Shown piece by piece: positions 9,414-19,917 of a DNA stretch of 64,000 bases. Positions within the stretch are counted from its first letter, which is position 1. Every line of letters starts with the position of its first letter. Source of the DNA: a virus; the IMG/VR virus record IMGVR_UViG_3300009788_000088; one strand, 5' to 3'. The notes under the pieces were generated by a model. The model saw only the letters and a program-made list of their open reading frames with translations, made no database searches and was not told the origin of the DNA. The position numbers and the translations under genes are program-made.

Positions 9414-10115
9414 ATGTCTTTACCAAAACATGATGTGAATTTTTTTGAAGAGAGTTTATTATCAAATCCTGATAAAATTGTCAGGTATCGCCCGTATACT
9501 ACGAAGGAGGAAAAAGAATTCCTTCTAGCCGTGGAGACGGAAGAAGAAGATAAGATCATGAGTGCTGTAGAAAGTATTGTCCGTAATTGTGTTCAGGACG
9601 TGGATGTGGATAATGAGATGACTCCCGTGGATACGAACTATCTTCTTATTCGTATTCGTCAAAAAGGTAAAGGGGATATTATAGCTTTCGCATGGAAATG
9701 CGAAGAGTGTCAGGGGATCAATCGAGACACGCTGGACACGAACGAAGAATTGGAATTCAGGATAGCGGACCCTGACCCTATCCAATTGGATGATTGGACC
9801 GTTAATTTGAAATGGCCGACCAATGGTTTGGTCAGCAAACTCAAAGGGATTTCAGAGATAGAACGTAATTACAAAGTGCTTGCTTACTCCATCAAGAACA
9901 TCGTGGAGGGGGAAACTGTCAGTGATGAGTTTACCCCGGATGAAATTCAAGAGTGGGTAGAGAATCTTCCACCGAAGCTTTTTGAGAAGTATACTAAAGA
10001 GTATGGTCAGAAGTCTCCACGTATTATTGTAAATAAGATAGTGAAGTGTGGACACTGTGAAGCCAAGGAAAGAGACCTTGCGCTGGAGGAAGCGGCCGCT
10101 TTTTTTCTCTCCTAG
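9414..10115 (+). CDS. gp26: baseplate hub / tail assembly chaperone (gp26-like)
   Basis: MSLPK...YRPYTTKEEKEFLLA.E...D.NYLLIRIRQKGKG...CEEC...CGHC...AFF is the gp26 family pattern. Confidence 0.88.
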   Translation: MSLPKHDVNFFEESLLSNPDKIVRYRPYTTKEEKEFLLAVETEEEDKIMSAVESIVRNCVQDVDVDNEMTPVDTNYLLIRIRQKGKGDIIAFAWKCEECQGINRDTLDTNEELEFRIADPDPIQLDDWTVNLKWPTNGLVSKLKGISEIERNYKVLAYSIKNIVEGETVSDEFTPDEIQEWVENLPPKLFEKYTKEYGQKSPRIIVNKIVKCGHCEAKERDLALEEAAAFFLS

Positions 10116-10300
10116 CCTTTAGTGGTGATATTACATTAAAGGCGCTGTATGAAATCATACACACTCTCCAATTCTGGGCAGGACTTCAGCTTGGTGATAT
10201 CATGGAGATGTATCCATTTGAACGAGAGATTTATCTGAACCTCTATATTAAGTCTGAAAAGGAACGCCAGAAGGCATTAGAAGAAGGAGCTAAAAAATAA
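10100..10300 (+). CDS. gp51: gp51-like baseplate hub assembly domain in the -1 frame of gp26, probably expressed by frameshift
   Basis: Not in track. -1 frame reads FFSLLAFSGDITLKALYEIIHTLQFWAGLQLGDIMEMYPFEREIYLNLYIKSEKERQKALEEGAKK*; MxPxEREIY is the gp51 motif. No start codon before the internal Met at 10202. Confidence 0.75.
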   Translation, partial: FFSLLAFSGDITLKALYEIIHTLQFWAGLQLGDIMEMYPFEREIYLNLYIKSEKERQKALEEGAKK

Positions 10301-11874
10301 TGGCAAGAGCAGATGACACCGCCAGAGCGAATATGGCAAAAGAAGCCGTGGCCGCCTTTAAGCCTGTTGCTGAAGAGATGAGCAATGCTATCAAACAGTC
10401 TGTGGGTGATATGAGCAATGCTGTGAGAAATTCTTTTGGTGTTGTGGCGGAAACTTCTAAAGAAGAACTGGGTTTGGTCCATGATTTTGCGGCCGCTAAA
10501 ATTAAATCTCTTGCCAATTTGTTCACCGGGCCATTGGCAGAGTCCGTTAAAGCTGTGTTGGGTTTGGGTGCTGAGAAAGATGAGGGGAACGAGGCGGATC
10601 AACAGACAGCCATGGCTACCAAAGAAACGGTAGAAGAAGTCAAGAAGGCCCACGTTGAACGTAAGAAACAAACGCCTGTCTTTACCCGTATCTGGGAAGA
10701 AATGCGAATGATGCGTAGATTTTTCGTAGATGACTTTCAAGATACACAGGAAGCAATCAAGGAAGCTGTTCAGGCTTCTTCAGATTCCTTAGAAGCCGCT
10801 ATATCAGGTGCCGGGGGTGAAGAGCCGGGTAAGAAGAAAAATCCTCTCCTAGAAGCTCTGGGGGGTATATTGGGTGGAATGTTCGGTCCCATCACTATTC
10901 TTCTATTGGCGGCTGGAGCATTTGCGCTTGCTATGGCTTCAGAGTTTGTAATTGAGGTAAAGAAAAATCTAAAAATACTTTTTGGTTGGGTACTAAAACC
11001 CTTCGCTAAGATACTTGTCTTTATTAAGGAATCCAAATTTGGACAGATGATATTGAAAGTGTTCAAACCAGTTACCCGATACTTCGATGATATATGGAAA
11101 CTTCTATCAAGGGTTGGGGGTCTTATCGCCAAGAACCCGGTAGTTGCCCGGATGTTGAAATTGGGTGGCGGCCTTGGAAAATTCCTTGGAAAGATATTTT
11201 TACCTATTACTATTCTTATGACAGCATGGGACGCTATCTCAGGATTTATGGCGGCTGAGGGAATTTTTGGTGAAGGGGCTGGACTTATTCAGAAGATGGA
11301 AGCGGCTATTGGTGGTATTATTTCAGGACTCACTTTTGGTTTGTTGGATGGTGAAACTGTTGCCAAGCTTATTGAAAATACCAGACAAAAGTTTATAGCT
11401 GGGTGGAATAACGTTCTTGATACTATCAAAGAGTTTTGGTCATTCATTACAGACGGAGAACTCCTAAAGACCATGAAAGATTTCATGAAAACGGTGTGGC
11501 ACGATTACATCATGGAACCGGTTAAACAATTTTTCATCACCATCAAGGATGCTCTGGCCAGCGTACTGTTGTGGGTAGGGGAAAAACTGGATTTTGTTCC
11601 GGGTATTGGTGCGAGTATCAAAGATTTTGCTTCCGCTATGAAAGCTGATGTTACGGCGGCCCGTGGGGTTATGGCTGAAGAAGCTCAGGCTATAAAGATT
11701 GCACGGGGAGCCCAAGCAACCGGGGCACAGACAGAAATGCTGGCGGGGCCGGGACTTTTTGCTCCAGTGAGTACACCACCTATTAATGTGCTTCAACAAA
11801 ACGCATCTGCTCCCACATTCATGACGCAGGGATTTAATAGTCAAGACGAAATGTGGTCATCTCTTGGACCGTAA
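10300..11874 (+). CDS. tape measure protein (gp29-like)
   Basis: 524 aa, Ala/Gly-rich amphipathic helices with periodic Trp/Phe; sits between gp26/gp51 and gp48. Confidence 0.75.
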   Translation: MARADDTARANMAKEAVAAFKPVAEEMSNAIKQSVGDMSNAVRNSFGVVAETSKEELGLVHDFAAAKIKSLANLFTGPLAESVKAVLGLGAEKDEGNEADQQTAMATKETVEEVKKAHVERKKQTPVFTRIWEEMRMMRRFFVDDFQDTQEAIKEAVQASSDSLEAAISGAGGEEPGKKKNPLLEALGGILGGMFGPITILLLAAGAFALAMASEFVIEVKKNLKILFGWVLKPFAKILVFIKESKFGQMILKVFKPVTRYFDDIWKLLSRVGGLIAKNPVVARMLKLGGGLGKFLGKIFLPITILMTAWDAISGFMAAEGIFGEGAGLIQKMEAAIGGIISGLTFGLLDGETVAKLIENTRQKFIAGWNNVLDTIKEFWSFITDGELLKTMKDFMKTVWHDYIMEPVKQFFITIKDALASVLLWVGEKLDFVPGIGASIKDFASAMKADVTAARGVMAEEAQAIKIARGAQATGAQTEMLAGPGLFAPVSTPPINVLQQNASAPTFMTQGFNSQDEMWSSLGP

Positions 11875-11884
11875 GGAGTAACAA

Positions 11885-12802
11885 ATGCCACAGATAGATA
11901 AATCCCAATCAGCCCCAAAATCAGCTTCCCCGGATAATTTTGGTAGTCTGGAATACCCTAAAAATGTTTATGAACATGGGTCTACTCTTACATTAATCCC
12001 TACAGTTCGACACGTGGAATTTAACAAAGAAAAGTTGAATGATTCTAAAATACAAACCACGTCCAAAGGAGCTATACATTTACCAATTCCCCCGGCTCTC
12101 AGTGAAACCATTAACAACGAGTGGGAGTCAGCACTAAACACCAACAGTATAGCTGAATTGATTGTGGCTCAGGTTGGTGTAAAGTTATCAGACGCTCTGG
12201 GTATGTTTGGACGTAGGGCTCAAGTAAACTCCGGGATATCTAATGTCAACGCTGATATTGTTCAATTATATAAGGGATCACAACCCAGAGAATTTCAATT
12301 CCAATGGACTCTTTTACCAGAATCTCAAGAAGAAGCTCTTGAAATTCGGAAAATAATTAAGGCACTGAAATATTATTGTTCACCATCTTTAGCGGAAGGC
12401 ACCAAAATTGTTAAAACTATAGCGGCGTTAGCGGATTCTGTTACTCATCTTAAAAGAGTGGTTAAAGATGGTGTTCAGAGATTTCCCGGTCCCGGTGGAG
12501 AGGAAGTAGAGGGAGGGAAAGAACCTACTCCAATAATTCGTAACGAAAATATTAATCTATCCTTTTTATCATATCCCGCAACTTGGGATATCCAAATTGA
12601 ATATCAATCTCCATCTGGGGGCAAGGTTAAAATTTTTGAAATTCTGCAATGTGTTAACACTGCCTTGACTATCACTTACAATGAGGGAGATTCTTTTAAT
12701 TTCTATCGGGATGGAACTCCTATAAAAATTAGTATTGATTCAACTTGGAGAGAGACTCGAATTTTTACCACGGATAAGCTGGAAAGTTCAGCCCTGTATT
12801 AA
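11885..12802 (+). CDS. gp48: baseplate tail tube cap (gp48-like)
   Basis: LEYP...IHLPIP...QLYKGSQPREFQFQWTLLPESQEEA..I..II...YPA...DGTPI...WRE. Confidence 0.85.
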   Translation: MPQIDKSQSAPKSASPDNFGSLEYPKNVYEHGSTLTLIPTVRHVEFNKEKLNDSKIQTTSKGAIHLPIPPALSETINNEWESALNTNSIAELIVAQVGVKLSDALGMFGRRAQVNSGISNVNADIVQLYKGSQPREFQFQWTLLPESQEEALEIRKIIKALKYYCSPSLAEGTKIVKTIAALADSVTHLKRVVKDGVQRFPGPGGEEVEGGKEPTPIIRNENINLSFLSYPATWDIQIEYQSPSGGKVKIFEILQCVNTALTITYNEGDSFNFYRDGTPIKISIDSTWRETRIFTTDKLESSALY

Positions 12803-12811
12803 GGAGAAATT

Positions 12812-13243
12812 ATGGCTATTGATTATTTTCAGCTATTCCCAGATATAGAAATTGATGGGGTTACTTACAAAAATCTCTTTAATAAATATCAAGTGAACAG
12901 GCGTTACGTTCAAGACGTGACATTTTATTATGAGTACACGGTACAGGATGGAGATAGGTCCGACATCCTTGCATATCAGTTTTTCGGAAATGCTAAGTGG
13001 TGGTGGTTGATTCTTTTGTTTAATGATATTAATGATCCGTTTTTTGGTTTTCCTATGACAGAGGAAGAGCTTAAAGATACCCTTACCCTTGTAATAGCAG
13101 AAAATCCCACTGCTGACCCAGTAGAAGTTGAAGCGGCTATAAGGGAAGAGAATGAATTAAAGAGGACTATTAAAGTTCCCCGTGCTGAGTTTGTGTATGA
13201 GATTATTGCATCTATTAAGAAAGACTTAGGTATCACTATATAA
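12812..13243 (+). CDS. gp53: baseplate wedge subunit with LysM-like domain (gp53)
   Basis: YFQLFPDI...YTVQDGDRSDILAYQFFGNAKWWWLILLFNDINDP...ENELKRTIK. Confidence 0.9.
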   Translation: MAIDYFQLFPDIEIDGVTYKNLFNKYQVNRRYVQDVTFYYEYTVQDGDRSDILAYQFFGNAKWWWLILLFNDINDPFFGFPMTEEELKDTLTLVIAENPTADPVEVEAAIREENELKRTIKVPRAEFVYEIIASIKKDLGITI

Positions 13244-14466
13244 TGTCATTCGAATCAACTAATATAATCATCGAAGAGTTCAAGATTCTCAAGGACGATA
13301 AGGAAATTTTCTTGACTCCAGAAGAAGTTCTTGCTTTCGAAATATTTGAATCTATTACAGCCCCGTTTATTACTGGTCGGATAATCATCACCCACCGTAA
13401 GGGTATTGAGGAATTGCTTCCTATTACCGGGGATGAGATTATTATTTTAAGGTTCCAGAGCCGGGGAAGAGAAGATAATCCAGACCCGATTAATGATTTA
13501 CGTCTCCGGGTATTTGCTGGGAGAGAAGAGACCATAGGGTCTGATAGACAGAATTACCAGAGAACGTTTAAGCTGTTTGTGGCTGATGAGCAATTTGTTA
13601 ACTCAATTAACAAAGAGTACAGCCGAAGTTTCAAAGAACAATCTGTATCAAAAATAGTACAACATATTGCTGAGAAGATGATAGGTGTAACTATGTCTCA
13701 TGTAGAAGAGACAAAGTATGACACCAATTACATCATGTCATACGTGACCCCTCATCAGGCTATCATGGATTTATCATTCTCAGCATCTTCAATCAGTCAT
13801 GATGATGGAGGGTATGTATTTTTCCAGAATACAGAAGAAGGGTATAAATTTCAATCCCTATCATCATTATTTCAACAGAAACCAACTATGCGATTGGTTC
13901 CCAATGCTCAAAACCCCCTATACGAAGGGAACGTTCAGCGTTGGGAACGTCTTATAGATTTTGACATACTGAGAGCTATTAGAGAACGAACCATTGGGTT
14001 TACTATGGTGGGCTGGAACAAGTTTACTAAAGCGATTGTCACGGAGAAAATATCATTTGATGAGTTCTTCGAACGAACGGTGACACTGGGAGCGGTGGCC
14101 CCGCTCTCCCCGGAGAGGATAAATACTCAAGCGGTTATGCTCAGGCAAGGCGGGGATGATAAATGGTTCCACGTTGCTGGCCGGGACCGGATGAAGAAGA
14201 GCATGATTAAACAGAGTCGTTTGAAAATTAGTATGCAAGGTACGTCGAAATTATCAGCCGGACAGGTGGTTGATTTTTATATAGATTCTCAAGATAGTTC
14301 AGAAATGGAAAACCAGAAACTTACTGGGAAATATTTGATCGAGTCTATAAACCACATCTGGAGTGATATTCAATATCTACAGGTGATGACCATTATTAGA
14401 GACTCTTATTTTACTTTATCGAAAGGTAATTTAATACGTACTTCTAAAAATGTGGGCGTGGGATAA
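13243..14466 (+). CDS. gp27: baseplate hub protein (gp27-like)
   Basis: IFESITAPFITG.I.I...LPITGDE...YVFFQN..GYKFQSL..L...G...LSAGQVV...TGKYLIESINH. Confidence 0.8.
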   Translation: MSFESTNIIIEEFKILKDDKEIFLTPEEVLAFEIFESITAPFITGRIIITHRKGIEELLPITGDEIIILRFQSRGREDNPDPINDLRLRVFAGREETIGSDRQNYQRTFKLFVADEQFVNSINKEYSRSFKEQSVSKIVQHIAEKMIGVTMSHVEETKYDTNYIMSYVTPHQAIMDLSFSASSISHDDGGYVFFQNTEEGYKFQSLSSLFQQKPTMRLVPNAQNPLYEGNVQRWERLIDFDILRAIRERTIGFTMVGWNKFTKAIVTEKISFDEFFERTVTLGAVAPLSPERINTQAVMLRQGGDDKWFHVAGRDRMKKSMIKQSRLKISMQGTSKLSAGQVVDFYIDSQDSSEMENQKLTGKYLIESINHIWSDIQYLQVMTIIRDSYFTLSKGNLIRTSKNVGVG

Positions 14467-14479
14467 TAAATACTTAAAA
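14465..14479 (+). promoter_or_regulatory. late promoter variant (AATAAATACTTAAAA)
   Basis: One mismatch to consensus, upstream of gp8. Confidence 0.7.
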
Positions 14480-14504
14480 CCAAAGACTTAATAAGGAGAT
14501 TAAC

Positions 14505-15616
14505 ATGTCTGCTATCATTGAAAACACCGCAAGGGTGGAAAAGGCGGAAGTTTTTGTAGAAGATACCATCAAAGATGTCGCCAACCACAGTGTCTATATG
14601 GCCTTGTCCCGTGTGCTTGCATGGGGTGGAGAGCCAACCCCCGATGTTCCGGATGGTGGTCGGGATGAAGAGTGGGGATTCTTCATCAGACATTTGCTAT
14701 GAAAAAAATTGTTGCGGCAAATGTCAAATATTTGGTCGATGATCCGACAGCATATGACACTGGGGAAGTGGATTCGTATGTGTGGTTGACTGTTCCTGAT
14801 GCATCCGCATACGATGATGCTGAAACGGTCACCGGAACGGGAGGAGCGTCCGGGACTGTCAAATGGAGACTTTCTGGTGGGTCTATGATTGGAAAGACCA
14901 ATGAATTGGTTGTACTACCGATCTCTGGAACGTTCCTTCTTGGGGATACCATCACGGGTGGCACATCTCTGGAGGCTCAGCCTTTGGTTCTGGACCCAGT
15001 GACACGGACATTATTCCGGACAACGTATTGGAAGGATATTAATTATAATCATCTGCACCTTGTGTTTGGTCCATCAAACCCAGCCTTGACCAACGACTTG
15101 ACGGAAATAGCAATAGGTGATACAATTGAAGATTCTGTTGATTCCGGCATTACTGGGCGGGTTATTTGGAAAGAGCAATATGAAATCGTCGGGGCGGATG
15201 ATACCACCCGGTATTTCTTCCTAACGGTAGTCCCCCTGACAGGTGACTGGACTACAGCCGCCAGTGTCATTGAATCTTCAGTGGGGGTTACACCATACCC
15301 CATTAAGTATCAGCGGTCAAGAATATACGCTGATGAGGCCAATTTCGTTTACATGACTGCCACGTTCGGCATTACCTTTCCAATAGGATTGAGCTTCCGC
15401 CAAGTAGGGATTCTACAAGACCCGACTGAATCTGGAGGTGGTCTTGCAACAGATTCTGAATACTCAGACCCCGGACCAACCAGCCATGGTCAGAACAACT
15501 GGTATCTGGAAACGGGGTTTGATGAATCCGGAAAGTTGGTGTATTTGGACAACAGAACTCCGGTCACACGGGTGGCTGACCAGAGCGAAATCATTTCCGC
15601 AATCATCGAATTCTAG
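14505..15616 (+). CDS. gp8: baseplate wedge protein gp8-like, split by a -1 frameshift near 14675 (ORFs 14505..14702 and 14672..15616)
   Basis: First ORF gives the gp8 N-terminus (MSAII...R.EKA..F...VYMALSR..AW...P.P); second gives KKI and the gp8 C-terminus (FRQVGILQDP...SGKLVYLDNRTPVTR..DQSE). One extra G in TGGGG would fuse them into about 370 aa. Confidence 0.8.
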
Positions 15617-15625
15617 GAGTAAGAA

Positions 15626-18600
15626 ATGTCTGATTCTATTCTTGTTCAATATTTTGACGATGCAGAAACCCAATTATCCAAGGGTTATATTAGGGTTCTG
15701 TTCAAGCCGGGAGTTCCGGTCCAGACACGAGAGTTGAATAACATCATTTCTTATGTACAGGATCAAGTGGCTAAAGGCTTCAGCGCCATCTGGAAACGGA
15801 ACGCTGTTATTAAAGGTTGTGACTGGTACATCGCCCAAGATGATAAATTCTACATCAATGATGGGTTTATCTTCTGGAATAATTATCTTCTTCAAATATC
15901 CAACCTGTTACCGGTCACAGTGGACCCAACAGATACAGAGGTCGGATTTTATATCAAGATGTACAGTATTGGTGTGGAAGGTTCGTCTGCTGACAACCCA
16001 GCGGAGTATGGTCCGGATAATGATCTTGGTGACAATGCTTCCGGGTTTACGAACGTTGGAGCCGAAGGCGCTGATAGACTTTTGGCTGTTGTTCAAATGG
16101 CAAGGAGAGCTTCCAGCGATAACCTATACGATTCTGATGATACTCTGATTAAAGCCTTCGTTGATCTTGATGATACTGAAGGGTACATCACATTCAAAAA
16201 GGTGAACAATATTGAGGTAACAGAGCCGGAAACATCGTCTTATTCTGACATTGGACGGGATATGGCTCAAAGGACTTTTGATGAATCCGGGAACTATGTT
16301 GTGGATGGTATGGAGGTATATATTGATGAAAACGATCCCGAATCAGATGGAATTATCAACGATATTACCATCGGACTTCGTGCTGGAGTTGCTTATGTCA
16401 ACGGTTACAGAATTGATGCCGCAACTGACGTTGCTATCGAACGTGTTACTGTATCCACCGAAACTTCACTTTGGAACATCCCTCTTATCATTACCCCCTA
16501 TACCATAACAGGCGATTTTGCTCACATGGTACAGGTGGAGGATGATTTTATTTATCAGGGGGCTACCCCGGCGGATATCGCAGTATTCCAACCTCAATTA
16601 ATCCACTTTCTTCATGAGACCACTTCAAATGTTTCTGGTATCATTGATATGGATTTTGGGGCCGATAGAGAAGTGGTAGACATCCTCGGAATTTATGATA
16701 ACACCGGGGCGTGGGTATCATCCTATACATGGGATTCTGGCGGTGACCAAATCACCGGACTTGCGGCGTCTCAGACATTCTATATCATGTATTACTTTGA
16801 GCGGGTGGATGGTATCGAACGCACGGTTTATGACTTTGCTCAGGATGTAAACTTTCCTGATAGGTATCATTATGATTTTGATATCGCTGACCCAGTTGAC
16901 AAACCGTATTACAAAACTAGATTAGTGGTCATCAAAACTCCAACAGATGTATTAGTTGAAGATACGGTGTATAATGACGGAACCTATGACTTTTATGTCA
17001 TCAAGGTTGGGGCGCTGGGACAGGCTGGTTGGTATCTGGTTAATGTACACTCTGATGGAGACTTAACACCCGGAGCCGCTGGAACCGCAGACTTGACAGG
17101 CGCTACGTTTATGTGGCTGGGAAGTAATACGGCCACAACATACACGGACGTTGACGGGATTTACTGGGGAGCTATTTCAATCGACAGGATTGATTATTCA
17201 GACTTTATCTCTTCGGTTAATCGTGGGTTCCTTGTTGATGGGAATATTCGTCTTTCCTATAATTACGTTCTTGGAAGAACTGATGGAATTTACCTTAACT
17301 CAGATGGAATTCTGGCTGTGATTCAGGGCATTCCTATCAAAGCTTCTGTTACGAACTTCCCGAATATTAATGATACGACTATGCAACTTATGGGGTTGGT
17401 AAAACAATGGCCCAATATTGAGGTAGCGGGGGTCCGGGAGGTTTTAACTGACACTGAACAAATTGCAACCAAGCGCCTGACTATGCAAGAAATAAATGTT
17501 ATAAAAGGTCGGGTAGATGACCTTGAAGAAGATATTGCCACTCTTGCGCTGGAGACTCAGACTAAAGATGAAAATTTCTCATCAGCGCTCCGAGGAATTC
17601 TGGTTGATAACTTTGACAACTTTGACCGGGTTAATTTAGGGAGGTCTGATACTCACTTCGCTCTGGACCTTGATGAGAATACGGCCAGTCTTCCTATCAA
17701 CAGGGGAATCTCGGTTGATGATGATGACATCTTCGAATCCAATCCAACCCTGACAGGTGTAGTCACTGAAACAGAATCAGAATTCTGGTATCTGGACAGG
17801 CTTCCGGTTAATGATGTTACTCGTGTTGAAGTAACCAACATTACTGGGCTTCAACTTTTGAACGGTTATGTTCAGTATAAAAAATCAGCCGGACGTGTTT
17901 GGACAAGACCAAACAAAGATCATTGGATATCCAATATTGTGCGGTGGAGGTCTACTATCACACGTGAAACTACGGTATGGGTCCAGAACAGTAACTTTTC
18001 GTGGACGTGGCGTAATGGCCAAGGCTGGATACAACAAAGAAACGCACAGCGATCACCCATTGAACGAATCCGTATTCTGAAAAGATGGGAACGGGTTCTT
18101 CCTTTCTGTCGTCCACTCCGTCTCCAGATGAATATTTTGAACTGGATATACATGCCTGATCTTGTAACCCAGACACAATTCTTTGTTCGGGCATACATTG
18201 ATGATAAACCAATGGAAATGATCTCCCGTAGTTCGGGGGTTTACCATCAAACAGTTCCGGCTAATGGAACTTTACAAGAATATATATTTATTCCAACTGG
18301 GGTGAATCAAGGACGTAAAAAGATTGTTTTCCGGGCATACGCTGATTCAGGTGATGCGGCCGCCGGGAACGCTAATTTCTTCGCTGAGAGAAATCAATCA
18401 TACGATTCTCGTGGCAAGGAACGTATCACTATTGCCAGACGTATGCGCACGGTTTTTGTTAATCGGGTACGATCTGACAGGGACGGTGGAGATGACCCAC
18501 TGGCACAAGGTTTTATCTTTGATGAGCCTGTCACACTGACTAAGGCCACGGTTTACCTGTTCAATACAGGGAACTTAAATTTGGATAGCGCAGTTACCTC

Positions 18601-19732
18601 AGCCTTCCCGGTCCATGTATCCATTGGGAACATGATTGCTGGATTGCCCGGAGATGAAATCTGGGCAGAGAAGACTTTGCCTCACACTCTAATCGATTGG
18701 AGTTATTATGACCAAGGGTCAAATCAGTATATTCTAAATCCTGTTGAGATTGAGTTTCCGGAACCCGTTTATATTCCAGCCAAGACCCCGTTCTGTATTA
18801 CTCTCCTGAGTGACAGCACGGACTATACAGCCGCTATTGCTGAGCTTGGGTCACTGGACCTCAACACCCAGAAGACTGTGGAGCTTAACCCGTATCTGGC
18901 CGGAACACTGTTCGCTTCTTCGAACAACGTTACATGGACAGCTTTCCAAGATCGTGATATTACCATGAAGATTTACGTGGCAGATGAATTTGTGGGCTCC
19001 GGGGCAAACACGGGAACGTTGGAATTCGCTCGTATTGATACATGCTCACGCTTCCTATTCGCTTCAGAAATCTTTGTGCCGGACGGGACTGATCTTCAGT
19101 TTCAATTCAAATATCATCGGGACTCTGATGGAGTCTGGACAGAGTGGGAGAATTTTGAGCCGAATCAAGAACTTGATTTGAATGAAATGGCACGTGAGGT
19201 CCGGGTGCTGGTTACAATGATTTCTCTGGACGGAAGCCATACGCCACTCATGTCCAAAAACCATAGCTTTATCACATCCAAGTACATCGCCCAGACCGCC
19301 GCCGCCGCTCCGTTGACATTACCCACGGATGCTGGAACCGCTGAGACATCCCTTGGATTGGTTACCCGACTCACGGAAAATATTGGAGCCGCTGGAGCCG
19401 ACAACTATTTGAGCGTGAAATGTATTGTGGATGTGTATCTTCCGAATCCAACAAATGATGATGTCCGGCCATGTTTCGCTTATGTTGATCCTACTACGGA
19501 AATTGAAGCGTGGGTTGGAAATGATTTCTCAGGCGGAGCCAGTGGGGATGTGACTATGGAAGATATCTTGGAGGGGTGGAAACGATATACCTTCCAGTTC
19601 AATACCACCGGACTGGCCGGAAAGAACGCTACCACTTTTAGAGGAAAGATAGCTTTCCTTGCGGATATCAACGGACAAAGTTCCCCGAAACTTCAAAACC
19701 TCCGGTGGATTCTACAAGCCGCCCAACCGTAA
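15626..19732 (+). CDS. large virion structural protein, VrlC/DUF4815-like baseplate component
   Basis: YFDD...YIRVLFKPGVPVQTRELN...GADRL...AQRTFDESGNYVV...AGVAYVNGY...DPLAQGF...GTLFASSN..TWTAFQDRD. Confidence 0.85.
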   Translation: MSDSILVQYFDDAETQLSKGYIRVLFKPGVPVQTRELNNIISYVQDQVAKGFSAIWKRNAVIKGCDWYIAQDDKFYINDGFIFWNNYLLQISNLLPVTVDPTDTEVGFYIKMYSIGVEGSSADNPAEYGPDNDLGDNASGFTNVGAEGADRLLAVVQMARRASSDNLYDSDDTLIKAFVDLDDTEGYITFKKVNNIEVTEPETSSYSDIGRDMAQRTFDESGNYVVDGMEVYIDENDPESDGIINDITIGLRAGVAYVNGYRIDAATDVAIERVTVSTETSLWNIPLIITPYTITGDFAHMVQVEDDFIYQGATPADIAVFQPQLIHFLHETTSNVSGIIDMDFGADREVVDILGIYDNTGAWVSSYTWDSGGDQITGLAASQTFYIMYYFERVDGIERTVYDFAQDVNFPDRYHYDFDIADPVDKPYYKTRLVVIKTPTDVLVEDTVYNDGTYDFYVIKVGALGQAGWYLVNVHSDGDLTPGAAGTADLTGATFMWLGSNTATTYTDVDGIYWGAISIDRIDYSDFISSVNRGFLVDGNIRLSYNYVLGRTDGIYLNSDGILAVIQGIPIKASVTNFPNINDTTMQLMGLVKQWPNIEVAGVREVLTDTEQIATKRLTMQEINVIKGRVDDLEEDIATLALETQTKDENFSSALRGILVDNFDNFDRVNLGRSDTHFALDLDENTASLPINRGISVDDDDIFESNPTLTGVVTETESEFWYLDRLPVNDVTRVEVTNITGLQLLNGYVQYKKSAGRVWTRPNKDHWISNIVRWRSTITRETTVWVQNSNFSWTWRNGQGWIQQRNAQRSPIERIRILKRWERVLPFCRPLRLQMNILNWIYMPDLVTQTQFFVRAYIDDKPMEMISRSSGVYHQTVPANGTLQEYIFIPTGVNQGRKKIVFRAYADSGDAAAGNANFFAERNQSYDSRGKERITIARRMRTVFVNRVRSDRDGGDDPLAQGFIFDEPVTLTKATVYLFNTGNLNLDSAVTSAFPVHVSIGNMIAGLPGDEIWAEKTLPHTLIDWSYYDQGSNQYILNPVEIEFPEPVYIPAKTPFCITLLSDSTDYTAAIAELGSLDLNTQKTVELNPYLAGTLFASSNNVTWTAFQDRDITMKIYVADEFVGSGANTGTLEFARIDTCSRFLFASEIFVPDGTDLQFQFKYHRDSDGVWTEWENFEPNQELDLNEMAREVRVLVTMISLDGSHTPLMSKNHSFITSKYIAQTAAAAPLTLPTDAGTAETSLGLVTRLTENIGAAGADNYLSVKCIVDVYLPNPTNDDVRPCFAYVDPTTEIEAWVGNDFSGGASGDVTMEDILEGWKRYTFQFNTTGLAGKNATTFRGKIAFLADINGQSSPKLQNLRWILQAAQP

Positions 19733-19917
19733 TGAAGGAACGAAGAGATAGTAATAGCAGTATGATTATCTTCACTCCCGGACCACGGGAGTTGGAAGAG
19801 AAACGTATCGCTGATAGAGTAGACCGCATGGAGAAGATTCTGGAGCTTATTATGAACGATATGGGTCTCTCAGAGGAACACAAACAGAAATTGAGGGGTC
19901 AGACCACCAATGGCTGA
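19732..19917 (+). CDS. small hypothetical virion-module protein
   Basis: Probable ATG at 19732 (TAATG coupling to the VrlC-like gene); short coiled-coil. Confidence 0.6.
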   Translation: MKERRDSNSSMIIFTPGPRELEEKRIADRVDRMEKILELIMNDMGLSEEHKQKLRGQTTNG

